This document shows, one piece after another, positions 19,946-29,491 of a stretch of 64,000 nucleotides of DNA (the stretch's first letter is position 1; every line of letters starts with the position of its first letter). The DNA is from a virus (Duplodnaviria > Caudoviricetes), in the IMG/VR virus record IMGVR_UViG_3300032248_000400, positions 1-64,000 of that record; one strand, given 5' to 3'. The notes under the pieces are model-generated. The model was not told the origin of the DNA. It worked only from the letters and a program-made list of their open reading frames with translations, and did not search any database. Made by a program: the position numbers and the translations under genes.

Positions 19946-20623
19946 ATGAAAGGATATATTAATGGAAATGATAGATACAAAGTTACAAAAATTGTAGGAA
20001 GATACACATATGGTGATGAATTGATTACTATAAAAGAGCCTGGCGCCGATTTAACAATTGGTAGTTTTTGCGCCATAGGTCAATCTGTTAAAGTAATTTT
20101 GGGTTCATATCATAGAGTCGATTGGATAACATCTTTCCCCTTTGGTCAAAATAGTACGGATGTATTTACAAAGTTCAATCATTTACCATATAATTCACAC
20201 AATGTTACTGTTACAAATGGTGATATTGTTATTGGTAATGATGTTTGGTTGGGCGATTGTGTAACTATTATGAGTGGTGTTACAATAGGACATGGTTGTG
20301 TTATTGGTGCACATAGTGTTGTGGCAAAAGATATTCCACCATATAGTGTTGTAGTGGGTAATCCGGGTAAAATAATAAGAAAGAAATTTAATGATGACGA
20401 TATTGAATTTTTATTAAATTTAAAATGGTGGGATTTACAAGATAGTATAATTAATGAAATTACTCCTATATTGTGTTCTGGAAATATTCAAAAATTAAGA
20501 GAATATTTTGAAATAAATCAAAAAATTTATATTGATAATCCAATTAATAAAAAATTAATATTAGATTGGTCAAATACAAGATGGAGTGATGGAAGCAATT
20601 GTCCAATTGGATATAATACATAA
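19946..20623 (+). CDS. hexapeptide-repeat O-acetyltransferase (CatB/Vat-like XAT family)
   Basis: IGSFCAIG, IVIGNDVWLG, GVTIGHGCVIGAHSVV, VVVGNPG. Confidence 0.9.
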   Translation: MKGYINGNDRYKVTKIVGRYTYGDELITIKEPGADLTIGSFCAIGQSVKVILGSYHRVDWITSFPFGQNSTDVFTKFNHLPYNSHNVTVTNGDIVIGNDVWLGDCVTIMSGVTIGHGCVIGAHSVVAKDIPPYSVVVGNPGKIIRKKFNDDDIEFLLNLKWWDLQDSIINEITPILCSGNIQKLREYFEINQKIYIDNPINKKLILDWSNTRWSDGSNCPIGYNT

Positions 20624-20638
20624 TTAAAAAGTTATAAT

Positions 20639-21493
20639 ATGAAAGATGTAGTTATGGGGTGTATAACTGAATACACATTTGAACAAATAAAATTGTTTGT
20701 AAATTCAGTAGATAGAAGTGGATTCACCGGCCACAAAGTAATGATAGTTTATAATGTACCATTTTCAACTGTTGATGAATTGAGAAAACGAGAATGGATT
20801 GTAGTTGCATTTAATGAAGATGTTCAAAATCAGAGATACACATATAGAGATAATTTTATAGTTACCGTTGATAGGCATTTGCACTATTATCTTACTTTAA
20901 AGCAATTAGCAGAAGAAACACCAGAAGGATTGAGATATGTATTAGCATTAGACCCAAAGGATGTAATATTCCAATACAATCCATCGGAGTGGTTAGAAAA
21001 AAATATAGGTGATAAAAAAATTAATGCAGGATGCGAGAGTGTTAAATATAAACACGAAGTTTGGGGTAGAAGTAATATGATTGAAAGTTTTGGCGAAGTT
21101 GTGTATGATAGATGTAAAGATAACATAACAGTAAACGCAGGAACAATATCAGGTGATTGGAAAACAATGTCTGAATTATTTTTGAATGTATATATAATGT
21201 GCCAAGGAAGTCCAAGTGCAACTCCAGACCAAGCGGCAGTTAATGTGGCTTTATCATTTTCTCCATATAGAGAATTGACAAGATTCACAATGTCTGAGGA
21301 AGGATGGGCTGCACAATGTGGAACAACTGTTGACCCACGAATGGTTAATCAATATGGTGATAATTTATTAGAACCTGCACCGATTATGGAAGGAGATGTA
21401 GTTAAAACCAGTAAGGGTATTCCATTTGCAATTGTACATCAATATGATAGGATACCTGAGTGGAATAAAATAATTAGACAAAAATATAAATAA
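20639..21493 (+). CDS. putative GT-A glycosyltransferase
   Basis: DPKDVIFQ.NPS, NAGTI, DQAAVN, IVHQYDR. Confidence 0.65.
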   Translation: MKDVVMGCITEYTFEQIKLFVNSVDRSGFTGHKVMIVYNVPFSTVDELRKREWIVVAFNEDVQNQRYTYRDNFIVTVDRHLHYYLTLKQLAEETPEGLRYVLALDPKDVIFQYNPSEWLEKNIGDKKINAGCESVKYKHEVWGRSNMIESFGEVVYDRCKDNITVNAGTISGDWKTMSELFLNVYIMCQGSPSATPDQAAVNVALSFSPYRELTRFTMSEEGWAAQCGTTVDPRMVNQYGDNLLEPAPIMEGDVVKTSKGIPFAIVHQYDRIPEWNKIIRQKYK

Positions 21494-21496
21494 GTT

Positions 21497-21985
21497 ATGA
21501 TTATAGGTAAAGGCGATATCGCATCTATTTTGAACGATAGAGAAGGTGCAATATTTTTTGCATCTGGGGTTTCGAAAAGTAGTGAAACAAATGAGGCTGA
21601 ATTTAATCGTGAAATTGAATTATTAAATAAGCAAGATAAAACTAAGTGTTTATTTTATTTCAGCTCTATTTCAATAGATGATACTCAAAAATTGTCAAAT
21701 AGATATTTACAACATAAAAAGAGTATGGAGGAATTAGTTAAATCCAATTTTAAAAATCATAACATCATACGAATTGGAAATATTACGTGGGGTAGTAATC
21801 CAAACACTTTTATTAACTACATTAGGAACAAAATTAAAAATGGAGAACCTGTTGAAATAAAAGATGAGTTTAAGTATCTAATTGATAAAGAGCAATTGCT
21901 TCTATTAACCAATAATTTACCACTAACAGGTCAAAACAAAATAAGTATATTCGGGAGAATGGCCAAAGTAAAGGAATTGATATGA
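21497..21985 (+). CDS. short NAD-dependent epimerase/dehydratase-like protein
   Basis: MIIGKG.IAS, FASGVS, YFSS, Y.QHK..ME. Confidence 0.65.
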   Translation: MIIGKGDIASILNDREGAIFFASGVSKSSETNEAEFNREIELLNKQDKTKCLFYFSSISIDDTQKLSNRYLQHKKSMEELVKSNFKNHNIIRIGNITWGSNPNTFINYIRNKIKNGEPVEIKDEFKYLIDKEQLLLLTNNLPLTGQNKISIFGRMAKVKELI

Positions 21986-22875
21986 TAGAAATTGTAATTT
22001 GGATAGCACCAACCGATATAGATGATTTAGAAAAGTCTTTGAATAGATTGAATATTGGAAAAGATTATCTAACAAAAGAACAATGTGACAATATTAAATT
22101 CAATGTTGTTATGTGTGTTTCTGATGAAATAATTGATTGGAGTAAAAGTAGTGTTACGATTGAAGAAGTTACTGAAAAATTCTTAAAATTAAAACCATTA
22201 ACCGATTGGGCATCTCCTGGTATTTTTGAAACTACAACTACGATTAATGGTTGCACTTCTATGAGAAGATTATCTGGCTATTCTGATTCAAACTATTATT
22301 TATGGTTAGATACTGATATTATATTTGACCCATTAACATTGGCACATTCAATAAATTCGATAGATATAATTGAAGGTGCTGGTATTACTAAATTTGTATC
22401 TATTCCTGAAATTGTAAGACAATGGGATTCTACTTGGGATTGTTTAGTTAATGAACGATTTATAAATAAACCAATTGGATATCAGGCAACGAATAATCCA
22501 CATATAGATGCTATTATTTACGATGAACCTGTATTGGAAGAAGTTCGTAATAATGTTTCAGGTCAACCATATATGAAATTTGGTGGTGGGTGGTTTGCAT
22601 TGATTTCAAAAGAATTAATGAAAACAATACCATTTCCAACGAACTATGGCCATTACGGATTGGATGATACCTATTTAATGTGGGGAGCAGAAATTTTGCA
22701 AGACCCAATGATAAAACAATTCAAAATAAAAAATATAATTGTATGTGAAAACTACTACGATAGAGGTATTACATACCCCAATCAGATACAATTTATAGAT
22801 AGAAGAGAGGAATATAAAAAGTATAATACGGAATTGGCCAATATTGCATTGGAAAATTTATTAAAGAATAAATAA
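21982..22875 (+). CDS. putative GT-A glycosyltransferase
   Basis: YLWLDTDIIF, YGHYGLDD. Confidence 0.6.
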   Translation: MIEIVIWIAPTDIDDLEKSLNRLNIGKDYLTKEQCDNIKFNVVMCVSDEIIDWSKSSVTIEEVTEKFLKLKPLTDWASPGIFETTTTINGCTSMRRLSGYSDSNYYLWLDTDIIFDPLTLAHSINSIDIIEGAGITKFVSIPEIVRQWDSTWDCLVNERFINKPIGYQATNNPHIDAIIYDEPVLEEVRNNVSGQPYMKFGGGWFALISKELMKTIPFPTNYGHYGLDDTYLMWGAEILQDPMIKQFKIKNIIVCENYYDRGITYPNQIQFIDRREEYKKYNTELANIALENLLKNK

Positions 22876-22879
22876 TTTT

Positions 22880-22888
22880 ATATTTATA
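22880..22888 (+). promoter_or_regulatory. putative phage late promoter ATA(T/C)TTATA
   Basis: Same motif in gaps at 28921, 30538, 33237, 40017; variants at 24873 and 42583. Confidence 0.45.
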
Positions 22889-22910
22889 TCAGTATATCAA
22901 TCAATATAAT

Positions 22911-23297
22911 ATGAAATTTGAAATAACTCATCCAAAAATTTGGAAAAAACTGGCAGAAAAAAAGATACCAATGTCCCACAAAGTAAAAATCTACGAAAAA
23001 TTAGGTGGAGCTTATAGACTTGGTGAAAATGGTGGTGAACAGGTGTTCAACAAAATGACCGAATTACTGAAATATAAAATAGATAATCCTATCAACGAAG
23101 GACCTGAAACAAAAGATCACGAAGTATCAATGGCAGGCGGGCAGTTGGATGATATCATTCGTAATGCTACCGAACTTAAAGGTAAAGTGGGAGAACAAGA
23201 AATGAACCTACCAGGTTGGATACAAGACCATATATCACAGGCACAAAACTTCATTAATCAGGCTAATACCGGATTTCATAAATTAGAACAGCAATAA
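22911..23297 (+). CDS. hypothetical protein, possibly virion-internal
   Basis: 128 aa after late-type motif; DHEVSMA...LPGWIQDHI. Confidence 0.7.
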   Translation: MKFEITHPKIWKKLAEKKIPMSHKVKIYEKLGGAYRLGENGGEQVFNKMTELLKYKIDNPINEGPETKDHEVSMAGGQLDDIIRNATELKGKVGEQEMNLPGWIQDHISQAQNFINQANTGFHKLEQQ

Positions 23298-23602
23298 TGG
23301 AAAATATCTACTCTGTATTAATAACAGCAATAAGCGTATTAGGTGGAACTACTGCGTTTCGTTTCTATGAAAAAAGATCAATGAGAAAAGAAAGAGATGA
23401 TGAATTTATTCGTCACGATTGTAAAGACCGTATCGCTAAATTAGAAGCCCTTTTAGAAGATTCATCTAAAGAAAAGGATATATTAAGAATTATGATATTA
23501 GATTTAACTAAGAATGTTGCTGAGTTATCTGTTAAAGTTGAGTTTCTTACAAAAGAAAACGAAAAGCTATCAAAAACAACTAAGAAACAATTGAATGGGT
23601 AA
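23297..23602 (+). CDS. membrane-anchored coiled-coil protein
   Basis: N-term hydrophobic helix followed by heptads. Confidence 0.65.
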   Translation: MENIYSVLITAISVLGGTTAFRFYEKRSMRKERDDEFIRHDCKDRIAKLEALLEDSSKEKDILRIMILDLTKNVAELSVKVEFLTKENEKLSKTTKKQLNG

Positions 23603-24455
23603 TTTACTTAAAGAATTCTTTTTCGGCCAAAGATTTGCAAAGCTAGATGGTCGTAATATTGAATTGGGTAAAGTTTACGGAAACCCAATGGTAAATGCAT
23701 TCTCATCATTAGAAGAAGCTGAAAGTAAAAAATTAAGAGTATTTGATTTTGATGATACATTAGTTAAAACAAAATCACACATATACATTAAACATGGTGA
23801 TGGTAAAGAATCAAAACTTACTCCAGGTGAATACGCAGTGTATGAACCAAAGGGAGATGATAAGTATGATTTTTCAGATTTTGAGCAAGTTAAACAACCA
23901 CAAGAAATAAAGGGAGTTACAAAGTTATTAAAAACAGTTGTAAAAGCAGAAGGTGAAAGAAAGGTTGTAATACTTACAGCAAGGAGTTCATATAAACCTG
24001 TTAAGGATTATTTAAAAGATATTGGGTTGGAAGGGATATATGTAGTTGCATTAGCAGATGCAGACCCACAAAAGAAAGCAGATTGGATTGAAGATAAAAT
24101 TAAAGCAGGATATGATGATGTATTTTTTATAGATGATTCACATAAAAATGTATCAGCAGTTTCAAAATTAAAAGATAAATATCCAAATATCAAAATGAAG
24201 GTTAGCCATGTCAAACACGATACCCCTGCGCCACCAAAACAATCCGATATGAAATCCCAAAAAGATAAGGAAGCAACTAAAAGAGTTGAACCTAAGAAAA
24301 CGGATATGAGTTTAAAATCTTTATTACCAAAACAATTAGATAAAACTATTAAAAACCCAGAAACAGGTAATAAAATCAAAATCAAATCAGCATTACAATA
24401 CGATAAAAACACGCCAGCATATAAAGCGGCACAATTCGCATTAAAACAAAAATAA
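23595..24455 (+). CDS. HAD-superfamily phosphatase with basic C-terminal tail
   Basis: VFDFDDTL, ILTAR, K, FFIDDS. Confidence 0.8.
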   Translation: MGNLLKEFFFGQRFAKLDGRNIELGKVYGNPMVNAFSSLEEAESKKLRVFDFDDTLVKTKSHIYIKHGDGKESKLTPGEYAVYEPKGDDKYDFSDFEQVKQPQEIKGVTKLLKTVVKAEGERKVVILTARSSYKPVKDYLKDIGLEGIYVVALADADPQKKADWIEDKIKAGYDDVFFIDDSHKNVSAVSKLKDKYPNIKMKVSHVKHDTPAPPKQSDMKSQKDKEATKRVEPKKTDMSLKSLLPKQLDKTIKNPETGNKIKIKSALQYDKNTPAYKAAQFALKQK

Positions 24456-24464
24456 GTTATAAAT

Positions 24465-24854
24465 ATGGCAGTTTACCTATTTACAGGTCAGCCCGGTAGT
24501 GGAAAAACTACACTGGCAAAAAAGTTACAATTTTGGTTACAAACGGATAAAAAGAACTGGAGGAAATCCGTATTTCACATAGATGAAAATCAAACAGAAC
24601 ATCCTTTTGAAGTAGCACTATATTTAGATAAATATGGAAATGATGTTGTATTATCATTAATATCACCCAATAGAGAAATAAGAGAAAACTTTAAATCAAA
24701 ATCCAAAGTAATTGAAATATATTGCCAATCAAAAAAAATGAGAAATCAATCTGTGGTTGAAAATTATGAACCACCAATCGATTTTTTTGTAGATTTAGAT
24801 ACATCAGATTCAATTGATATAACTTTCAATAAACTGATTAAAATAATATCTTAA
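24465..24854 (+). CDS. P-loop kinase, APS-kinase-like (shortened)
   Basis: FTGQPGSGKTT, SLISP, NYEPP. Confidence 0.7.
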   Translation: MAVYLFTGQPGSGKTTLAKKLQFWLQTDKKNWRKSVFHIDENQTEHPFEVALYLDKYGNDVVLSLISPNREIRENFKSKSKVIEIYCQSKKMRNQSVVENYEPPIDFFVDLDTSDSIDITFNKLIKIIS

Positions 24855-24904
24855 TTAAAAAATAAATTTGATATACTTATTAGTATAAACAAATAGTTAT
24901 TAGT

Positions 24905-25468
24905 ATGGAAAATGAAAGTTTTTTTCCAAATTTAGAAGAAAAAGAAAAAATTACAAAAAGAGGGCTAGGTGCAAGACCTATATTGGAATCGCAAATAAAA
25001 GCCGCACAAGAAAAATCCCAATCCGCATTTGAAGCTGCAAGAACTTTAGGTATATCTTATAACACATATAAGAAGTATGCTAAACTATATGGTATATTTG
25101 AAGATTTAAAAAATCCATATGGTATTGGTATTCATAAGGCAAAAGCAATTAAGAATAAAAAATATCACATTGATGATTTGATTGCAGGAAAGCATTTGAA
25201 ATATCCATTACATAAATTCAAAAATAAACTATTTGATAGTGGATATGTTCCAAAGGTATGTGGTAGTTGTGGATTTAGTGAAGAAAGAGTTACAGATAGT
25301 AAGATGCCATTACTAATAGATTTCTTAGATGGCAATTTGAACAACAGAGTATTGGATAATATACGACCTCTTTGTTATAATTGTTTTTTCCTATTAGTTG
25401 GAGAAAGAAACGTAAAAAATTGGTACGAAGAAAATGGAGGAATTCCAGATGAAGATATACAGGAGTAA
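24905..25468 (+). CDS. HTH plus degenerate HNH/Zn-finger protein
   Basis: AARTLGISYNTYKK; CGSC...LIDFLDGN..N..LDNIRPLCYNC. Confidence 0.72.
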   Translation: MENESFFPNLEEKEKITKRGLGARPILESQIKAAQEKSQSAFEAARTLGISYNTYKKYAKLYGIFEDLKNPYGIGIHKAKAIKNKKYHIDDLIAGKHLKYPLHKFKNKLFDSGYVPKVCGSCGFSEERVTDSKMPLLIDFLDGNLNNRVLDNIRPLCYNCFFLLVGERNVKNWYEENGGIPDEDIQE

Positions 25469-26477
25469 GGCACCATTCAGGATTAGTTTTGCAGGTGGTG
25501 GTACTGATATAGAATCTTATACAAAGAACCACACAGGCGAAGTAATCAATACCACTATATCTCTATTTACTCATACATCTTTACAATTGAGGGATGATAC
25601 TAAAGTTACATTTAAATGGGTAAATAAAGATGAATATGAGGAGCATGATTTTAGTGATGAGTTAGATTGTTCTTATGGATTAAAGCTCTTTAAAGCAACC
25701 CACAATCACATATGTAAACGTTTTAACGTAAATCAATTTGGATGTGATATCATTTCATATCAAGATGTACCAACCGGAAGTGGATTGGGTACATCATCTA
25801 CACTTATAATATCTTTAATTGGTGTGTATCAGGAATTATTTAATCTACCATTAGGAGAATATGATATTGCTGAAATGGCAGTTCAAATTGAAAGAAATGA
25901 ATTAAAAGAGAAAGGTGGAAAGCAAGATCAATATGCATCTGCATTTGGTGGGTTTAATCATATGGAATTTAAAAATGATAGAGTAATGGTAAATCCATTA
26001 AAAATAAAAATGGAAATACAAAATGAATTGGAAAATAATATTCTTCTTTATTTTACAAATTTGACAAGAAATAGTTCGGATGTACTTACTGAACAAATTG
26101 AAAAGATAAAAACAAATGATGAACAATCTATCGAATCATTACAATGTTTGGTAAAACAATCAAGGGATGTAAAAGATTGTTTGATGAAAGGTAATTTAGA
26201 TAAACTTGGTAATATATTTCATAACGGGTTTCAGCAAAAGAAAAAATTAGCAAATGGGATTAGTACGGAGGAAATAGAACTACTTTACCAAACGGCATTA
26301 AAAGCTGGGGCAACAGGTGGTAAGATAAGTGGTGCAGGTGGTGGTGGATTTTTATTTTTTTATTGTCCAAATAATACAAAATATAATGTAATAAAGGAGT
26401 TGGATAAATTAAAAATGGGATATCACCAACTATTTACTTTTAATAAATTTGGTATGAATAGTTGGCAGATTCAATAA
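25449..26477 (+). CDS. hddA: GHMP kinase, heptose-7-phosphate kinase family
   Basis: APFRISFAGGGTD, PTGSGLGTSS, GGKQDQY, GGKISGAGGGG. Confidence 0.85.
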   Translation: MKIYRSKAPFRISFAGGGTDIESYTKNHTGEVINTTISLFTHTSLQLRDDTKVTFKWVNKDEYEEHDFSDELDCSYGLKLFKATHNHICKRFNVNQFGCDIISYQDVPTGSGLGTSSTLIISLIGVYQELFNLPLGEYDIAEMAVQIERNELKEKGGKQDQYASAFGGFNHMEFKNDRVMVNPLKIKMEIQNELENNILLYFTNLTRNSSDVLTEQIEKIKTNDEQSIESLQCLVKQSRDVKDCLMKGNLDKLGNIFHNGFQQKKKLANGISTEEIELLYQTALKAGATGGKISGAGGGGFLFFYCPNNTKYNVIKELDKLKMGYHQLFTFNKFGMNSWQIQ

Positions 26478-26492
26478 AATTGTATATATTTG
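26461..26492 (+). promoter_or_regulatory. Bacteroidota-type promoter
   Basis: GTTG 26461, N20, TATATTTG 26485. Confidence 0.55.
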
Positions 26493-26496
26493 TTGT

Positions 26497-26868
26497 ATGA
26501 TATTAAAACCAATAAGAGTAGAAAAGATGTGGGGATATGAGTTGTGGATTCATAATGATTCTCAATATTGTGGAAAAAAATTAGTTTTTACAAAAGCTGG
26601 CAATCACTTCTCAATGCATTACCATATGATTAAAAACGAAACTTGGTATGTACAAGATGGTGAATTTCAATTTGATTGGATTGATACTAAAGATGGTAAA
26701 AGAAAATTCACAAATTTAAAGCCAGGAGATTGTGTATATGTTCAAAAAGGAATGCCACACAAACTTATTGCAAAGAGTGACATGGCAACTATATTTGAAG
26801 TAAGTACGGAACATTTAGACTCTGATTCTTACAGAATTTATAAAGATACCCCAAAAGATTTAATATGA
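26497..26868 (+). CDS. cupin (sugar-phosphate isomerase-like)
   Basis: VEKMWGYE, SMHYH..K.ETWY, H.L, EVST. Confidence 0.82.
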   Translation: MILKPIRVEKMWGYELWIHNDSQYCGKKLVFTKAGNHFSMHYHMIKNETWYVQDGEFQFDWIDTKDGKRKFTNLKPGDCVYVQKGMPHKLIAKSDMATIFEVSTEHLDSDSYRIYKDTPKDLI

Positions 26869-27047
26869 AACCAACAAAAGAAACGGAAAAACCAAAAAAA
26901 TTTGAACATATATATGAAGATGATGAAAGTACATCTATTTGGAAATATGACTTAGATAAGTTTCCAAGAGGACCGATATCCGTTGAATATAAATGGAAAG
27001 CACATTATTTAAAAGAATTAGAATTAAAAAAGAAACGTGGAAGATAA
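26865..27047 (+). CDS. hypothetical protein
   Basis: 60 aa ORF with coupled start. Confidence 0.6.
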   Translation: MKPTKETEKPKKFEHIYEDDESTSIWKYDLDKFPRGPISVEYKWKAHYLKELELKKKRGR

Positions 27048-27088
27048 ATCATTTTCCACATATTTAGATAACAACAAAAACAAAAACA

Positions 27089-27271
27089 ATGAGTAGTAAA
27101 AAAACAGAACTATTTGAGCAAATGAAAGGATTGTGGGAACAATTTGAAGTAGAACACAACAAAACAACAAAGGTATCACAAAAAAATGCAAGAACACTTA
27201 TCGGTGATTTGAAAAAGTTAGTAACCGATTACAGACAAGCATCTGTTGAAGAAACTAAAGGAGTACAATAA
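27089..27271 (+). CDS. histone H1-like Hc1-type protein (Bacteroidota type)
   Basis: K...K.AR...DLKKLV.DYRQASVEETK pattern, recognised by eye. Confidence 0.6.
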   Translation: MSSKKTELFEQMKGLWEQFEVEHNKTTKVSQKNARTLIGDLKKLVTDYRQASVEETKGVQ

Positions 27272-27277
27272 AGAAAT

Positions 27278-27301
27278 GGGGAAATAACTTTCCCTTTTTT
27301 T
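27278..27301 (+). terminator. intrinsic terminator
   Basis: GGGGAAA-TAAC-TTTCCCT followed by a T-run. Confidence 0.8.
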
Positions 27302-27302
27302 A

Positions 27303-27334
27303 TTTGGTAGTATCAAAAAATAATTGTATATTTA
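27303..27334 (+). promoter_or_regulatory. Bacteroidota-type promoter
   Basis: TTTG 27303, N20, TATATTTA 27327. Confidence 0.75.
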
Positions 27335-27370
27335 CATTATAACAATAATTAAAAACAAAAACAAAAAGTT

Positions 27371-27577
27371 ATGGCAAAGTTTTATTCAGTACAAGTAGCA
27401 ATCGAAGTTGAAGATGCGAAAGGTAAAATCAAAAAACAAAAAGAAAACTATTTAGTAGATGCAATGTCAGTTACAGAAGCAGAGGCTAAATTGGTAAAGA
27501 AATTTGTAGCAGAAGCAGTTAAGCTTGAATACGAAGTAGTTAAAGTATCAGAAACAAATGTTATCGAAGTATTCTAA
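27371..27577 (+). CDS. DUF4494-like protein
   Basis: G..KK..ENYLVDAMSVTEAEAK pattern of the Bacteroidota family. Confidence 0.75.
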   Translation: MAKFYSVQVAIEVEDAKGKIKKQKENYLVDAMSVTEAEAKLVKKFVAEAVKLEYEVVKVSETNVIEVF

Positions 27578-27592
27578 TAAAGTTTATATCGT

Positions 27593-27832
27593 ATGGCAAC
27601 AGAAACAATTCAAACAGTAGTTCTTAAAAGAGTTGCACCCGGAGATAGGTGGGTATTTCCTGAAAATTCAAAAACTATTTACCCATCTCTTACGGATGCA
27701 TTAGAAGCTTATTACCAAAAAAGTGGTGATACACAATACTATATAGATGCAAGAGAAGGAACAATTAGTGTATTTGGAATCAGAGAATATGAAGAACCTA
27801 TAAAGAGATTCTCATTGTATGGTGAAGACTAA
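27593..27832 (+). CDS. hypothetical protein
   Basis: 79 aa ORF in operon. Confidence 0.65.
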   Translation: MATETIQTVVLKRVAPGDRWVFPENSKTIYPSLTDALEAYYQKSGDTQYYIDAREGTISVFGIREYEEPIKRFSLYGED

Positions 27833-28268
27833 GATATTAGTTATAGCTAGTGGTTATTTCAACCCAATTCATAAAGGACATATAGAATACCTCAATCGCT
27901 CAAAAGCGGTTGGGGATTTTCTATTTGTAATAGTGAATAATGATAAACAAAGAGAGCTGAAAGGGTCTAAATCATTTATGAACGAAGATGAAAGATTGAT
28001 AGTGGTATCAAATCTAAAATCGGTTGATAGTGCAATGATATCTATTGATAAAACCAATAGATTAGTTGAAAATTCTATTAAAAAAATATACAATGAAATC
28101 GGTTCACAATTTGATAAAATTATATTTACCAATGGTGGTGATGTAATTGAAGAAACTATGGGTGAGTGGGCTATATGTAAAATTTTAGGAATAGATTTGG
28201 TATTTGGATTGGGAGATAAAATACAATCATCATCTCTTTTGATTAAAAAATATACCGATGAACATTAG
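27819..28268 (+). CDS. cytidylyl/adenylyltransferase (RfaE-II/TagD-like HxGH family)
   Basis: SGYFNPIHKGH, VNND, ER...V..L..VD, GGD, K.QSSS. Confidence 0.88.
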   Translation: MVKTKILVIASGYFNPIHKGHIEYLNRSKAVGDFLFVIVNNDKQRELKGSKSFMNEDERLIVVSNLKSVDSAMISIDKTNRLVENSIKKIYNEIGSQFDKIIFTNGGDVIEETMGEWAICKILGIDLVFGLGDKIQSSSLLIKKYTDEH

Positions 28269-28911
28269 TCGTACTAAATCCGAACTTTTAGGTGGATCGG
28301 GTGGTGTATATTACAATCCACTATACAATGGCGGTGGCACGACTATTGGATATGATATGTGTAAACACCCATCAGTATTAAAGCATATTATAAATGTAAA
28401 TACTACATTGGAAATGTGTTCAGGCCCTGGATTTATTGGCTACTATTTATTATTTAATAATTTAACAAAAAGATTATGGTTATCAGATAAATTTGATGGT
28501 GTAATACCGGGCATTATTGAAACAAATAAAATTAATAATGTAGATGTTCCATTTATACATTCCGATTGCTTCCAAAATTTTCCAAAAGATTTAAAGTTTG
28601 ACTTAATAATAAGTAATCCTCCACATTTTCAAAAAAATCACAAATACATATGGGATAAAGCAACAAAGGAGGAATTGGATGCTAGTTACCGAATCAATCT
28701 TGATACGGATTTAAAATTTCACAAAGAATTTTTTAAAAATATAAAAAACCATTTAAACAAAAATGGTAAAATAATATTGGTTGAAAACCAATCATTTATA
28801 AATGATAAAACCATAATTGAATTAGCTGAAACCGGATTTGAATATGAAGTTATAAACGGGCTATACAAGGATAATGAACTTTACTATATTATATTAACTA
28901 TCTTAAACTAA
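28258..28911 (+). CDS. SAM methyltransferase, NPPY-type (PrmC/MTS-like)
   Basis: LEMCSGPGFIG, SDCF, DLIISNPPHF. Confidence 0.82.
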   Translation: MNISRTKSELLGGSGGVYYNPLYNGGGTTIGYDMCKHPSVLKHIINVNTTLEMCSGPGFIGYYLLFNNLTKRLWLSDKFDGVIPGIIETNKINNVDVPFIHSDCFQNFPKDLKFDLIISNPPHFQKNHKYIWDKATKEELDASYRINLDTDLKFHKEFFKNIKNHLNKNGKIILVENQSFINDKTIIELAETGFEYEVINGLYKDNELYYIILTILN

Positions 28912-28972
28912 AAATTTTATATATTTATATTTACTTAAAACAAGTTATTAAAAACAAAAAAAAACAACTATT

Positions 28973-29341
28973 ATGAAAAAATTATTTCAATTTATTAAAA
29001 ATCTATTTGTAAAATTAGATGTTCTCGAAGAAAAAGTAGAAAAAGCCGTTGAGAGTTCTAAATTACTATCAGCTGAACAAAAAGCAAAAATCAAAAAGGG
29101 ATTGAGCGATTTTGACAAATTTGAAGAAAATATTGAAGATGTTGTTGATGAATCAGAAATTGCAGCTGAAAAAATTAAAAAAGCAGTAAAATCTAAAAAT
29201 TTAACAGATGTAACTGCTGCAGTTGAATCTGTAAAAAAAGTTGGAAAAGAAGCTAAAGAAGTTGGTGATGATGCTAAAGCTGTAGCTAAAAAAGCTAAAG
29301 AAGCAAAAGCCAAAATGATAGCTAAGAAATCAAAAAAGTAG
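28973..29341 (+). CDS. Lys/Glu/Ala-rich helical protein
   Basis: Low-complexity helical ORF after ATATTTATA at 28921. Confidence 0.65.
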   Translation: MKKLFQFIKNLFVKLDVLEEKVEKAVESSKLLSAEQKAKIKKGLSDFDKFEENIEDVVDESEIAAEKIKKAVKSKNLTDVTAAVESVKKVGKEAKEVGDDAKAVAKKAKEAKAKMIAKKSKK

Positions 29342-29366
29342 TAAAGTAAAATCGGAAGAATAACCT

Positions 29367-29489
29367 ATGGCTAGACTAAGCGGAGGAAACACAAAAGTTT
29401 CATTTGGTAAAAAGAAAAATAAAGCACAAAAATCTTTCAACAAAAACGATAGGAAAGAAAAAAACTATCGTGGACAGGGGAGGCTATAA
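29367..29489 (+). CDS. 40 aa basic peptide ending YRGQGRL
   Basis: Hand-translated MARLSGGNTKVSFGKKKNKAQKSFNKNDRKEKNYRGQGRL; fills the gap exactly. Confidence 0.65.
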   Translation: MARLSGGNTKVSFGKKKNKAQKSFNKNDRKEKNYRGQGRL

Positions 29490-29491
29490 AA

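Noticed and set aside
19946-20623. Antibiotic resistance gene (catB/vat)
   Set aside because: Family resemblance only; its position among glycosyltransferases favours a sugar O-acetyltransferase. Needs an assay to exclude.
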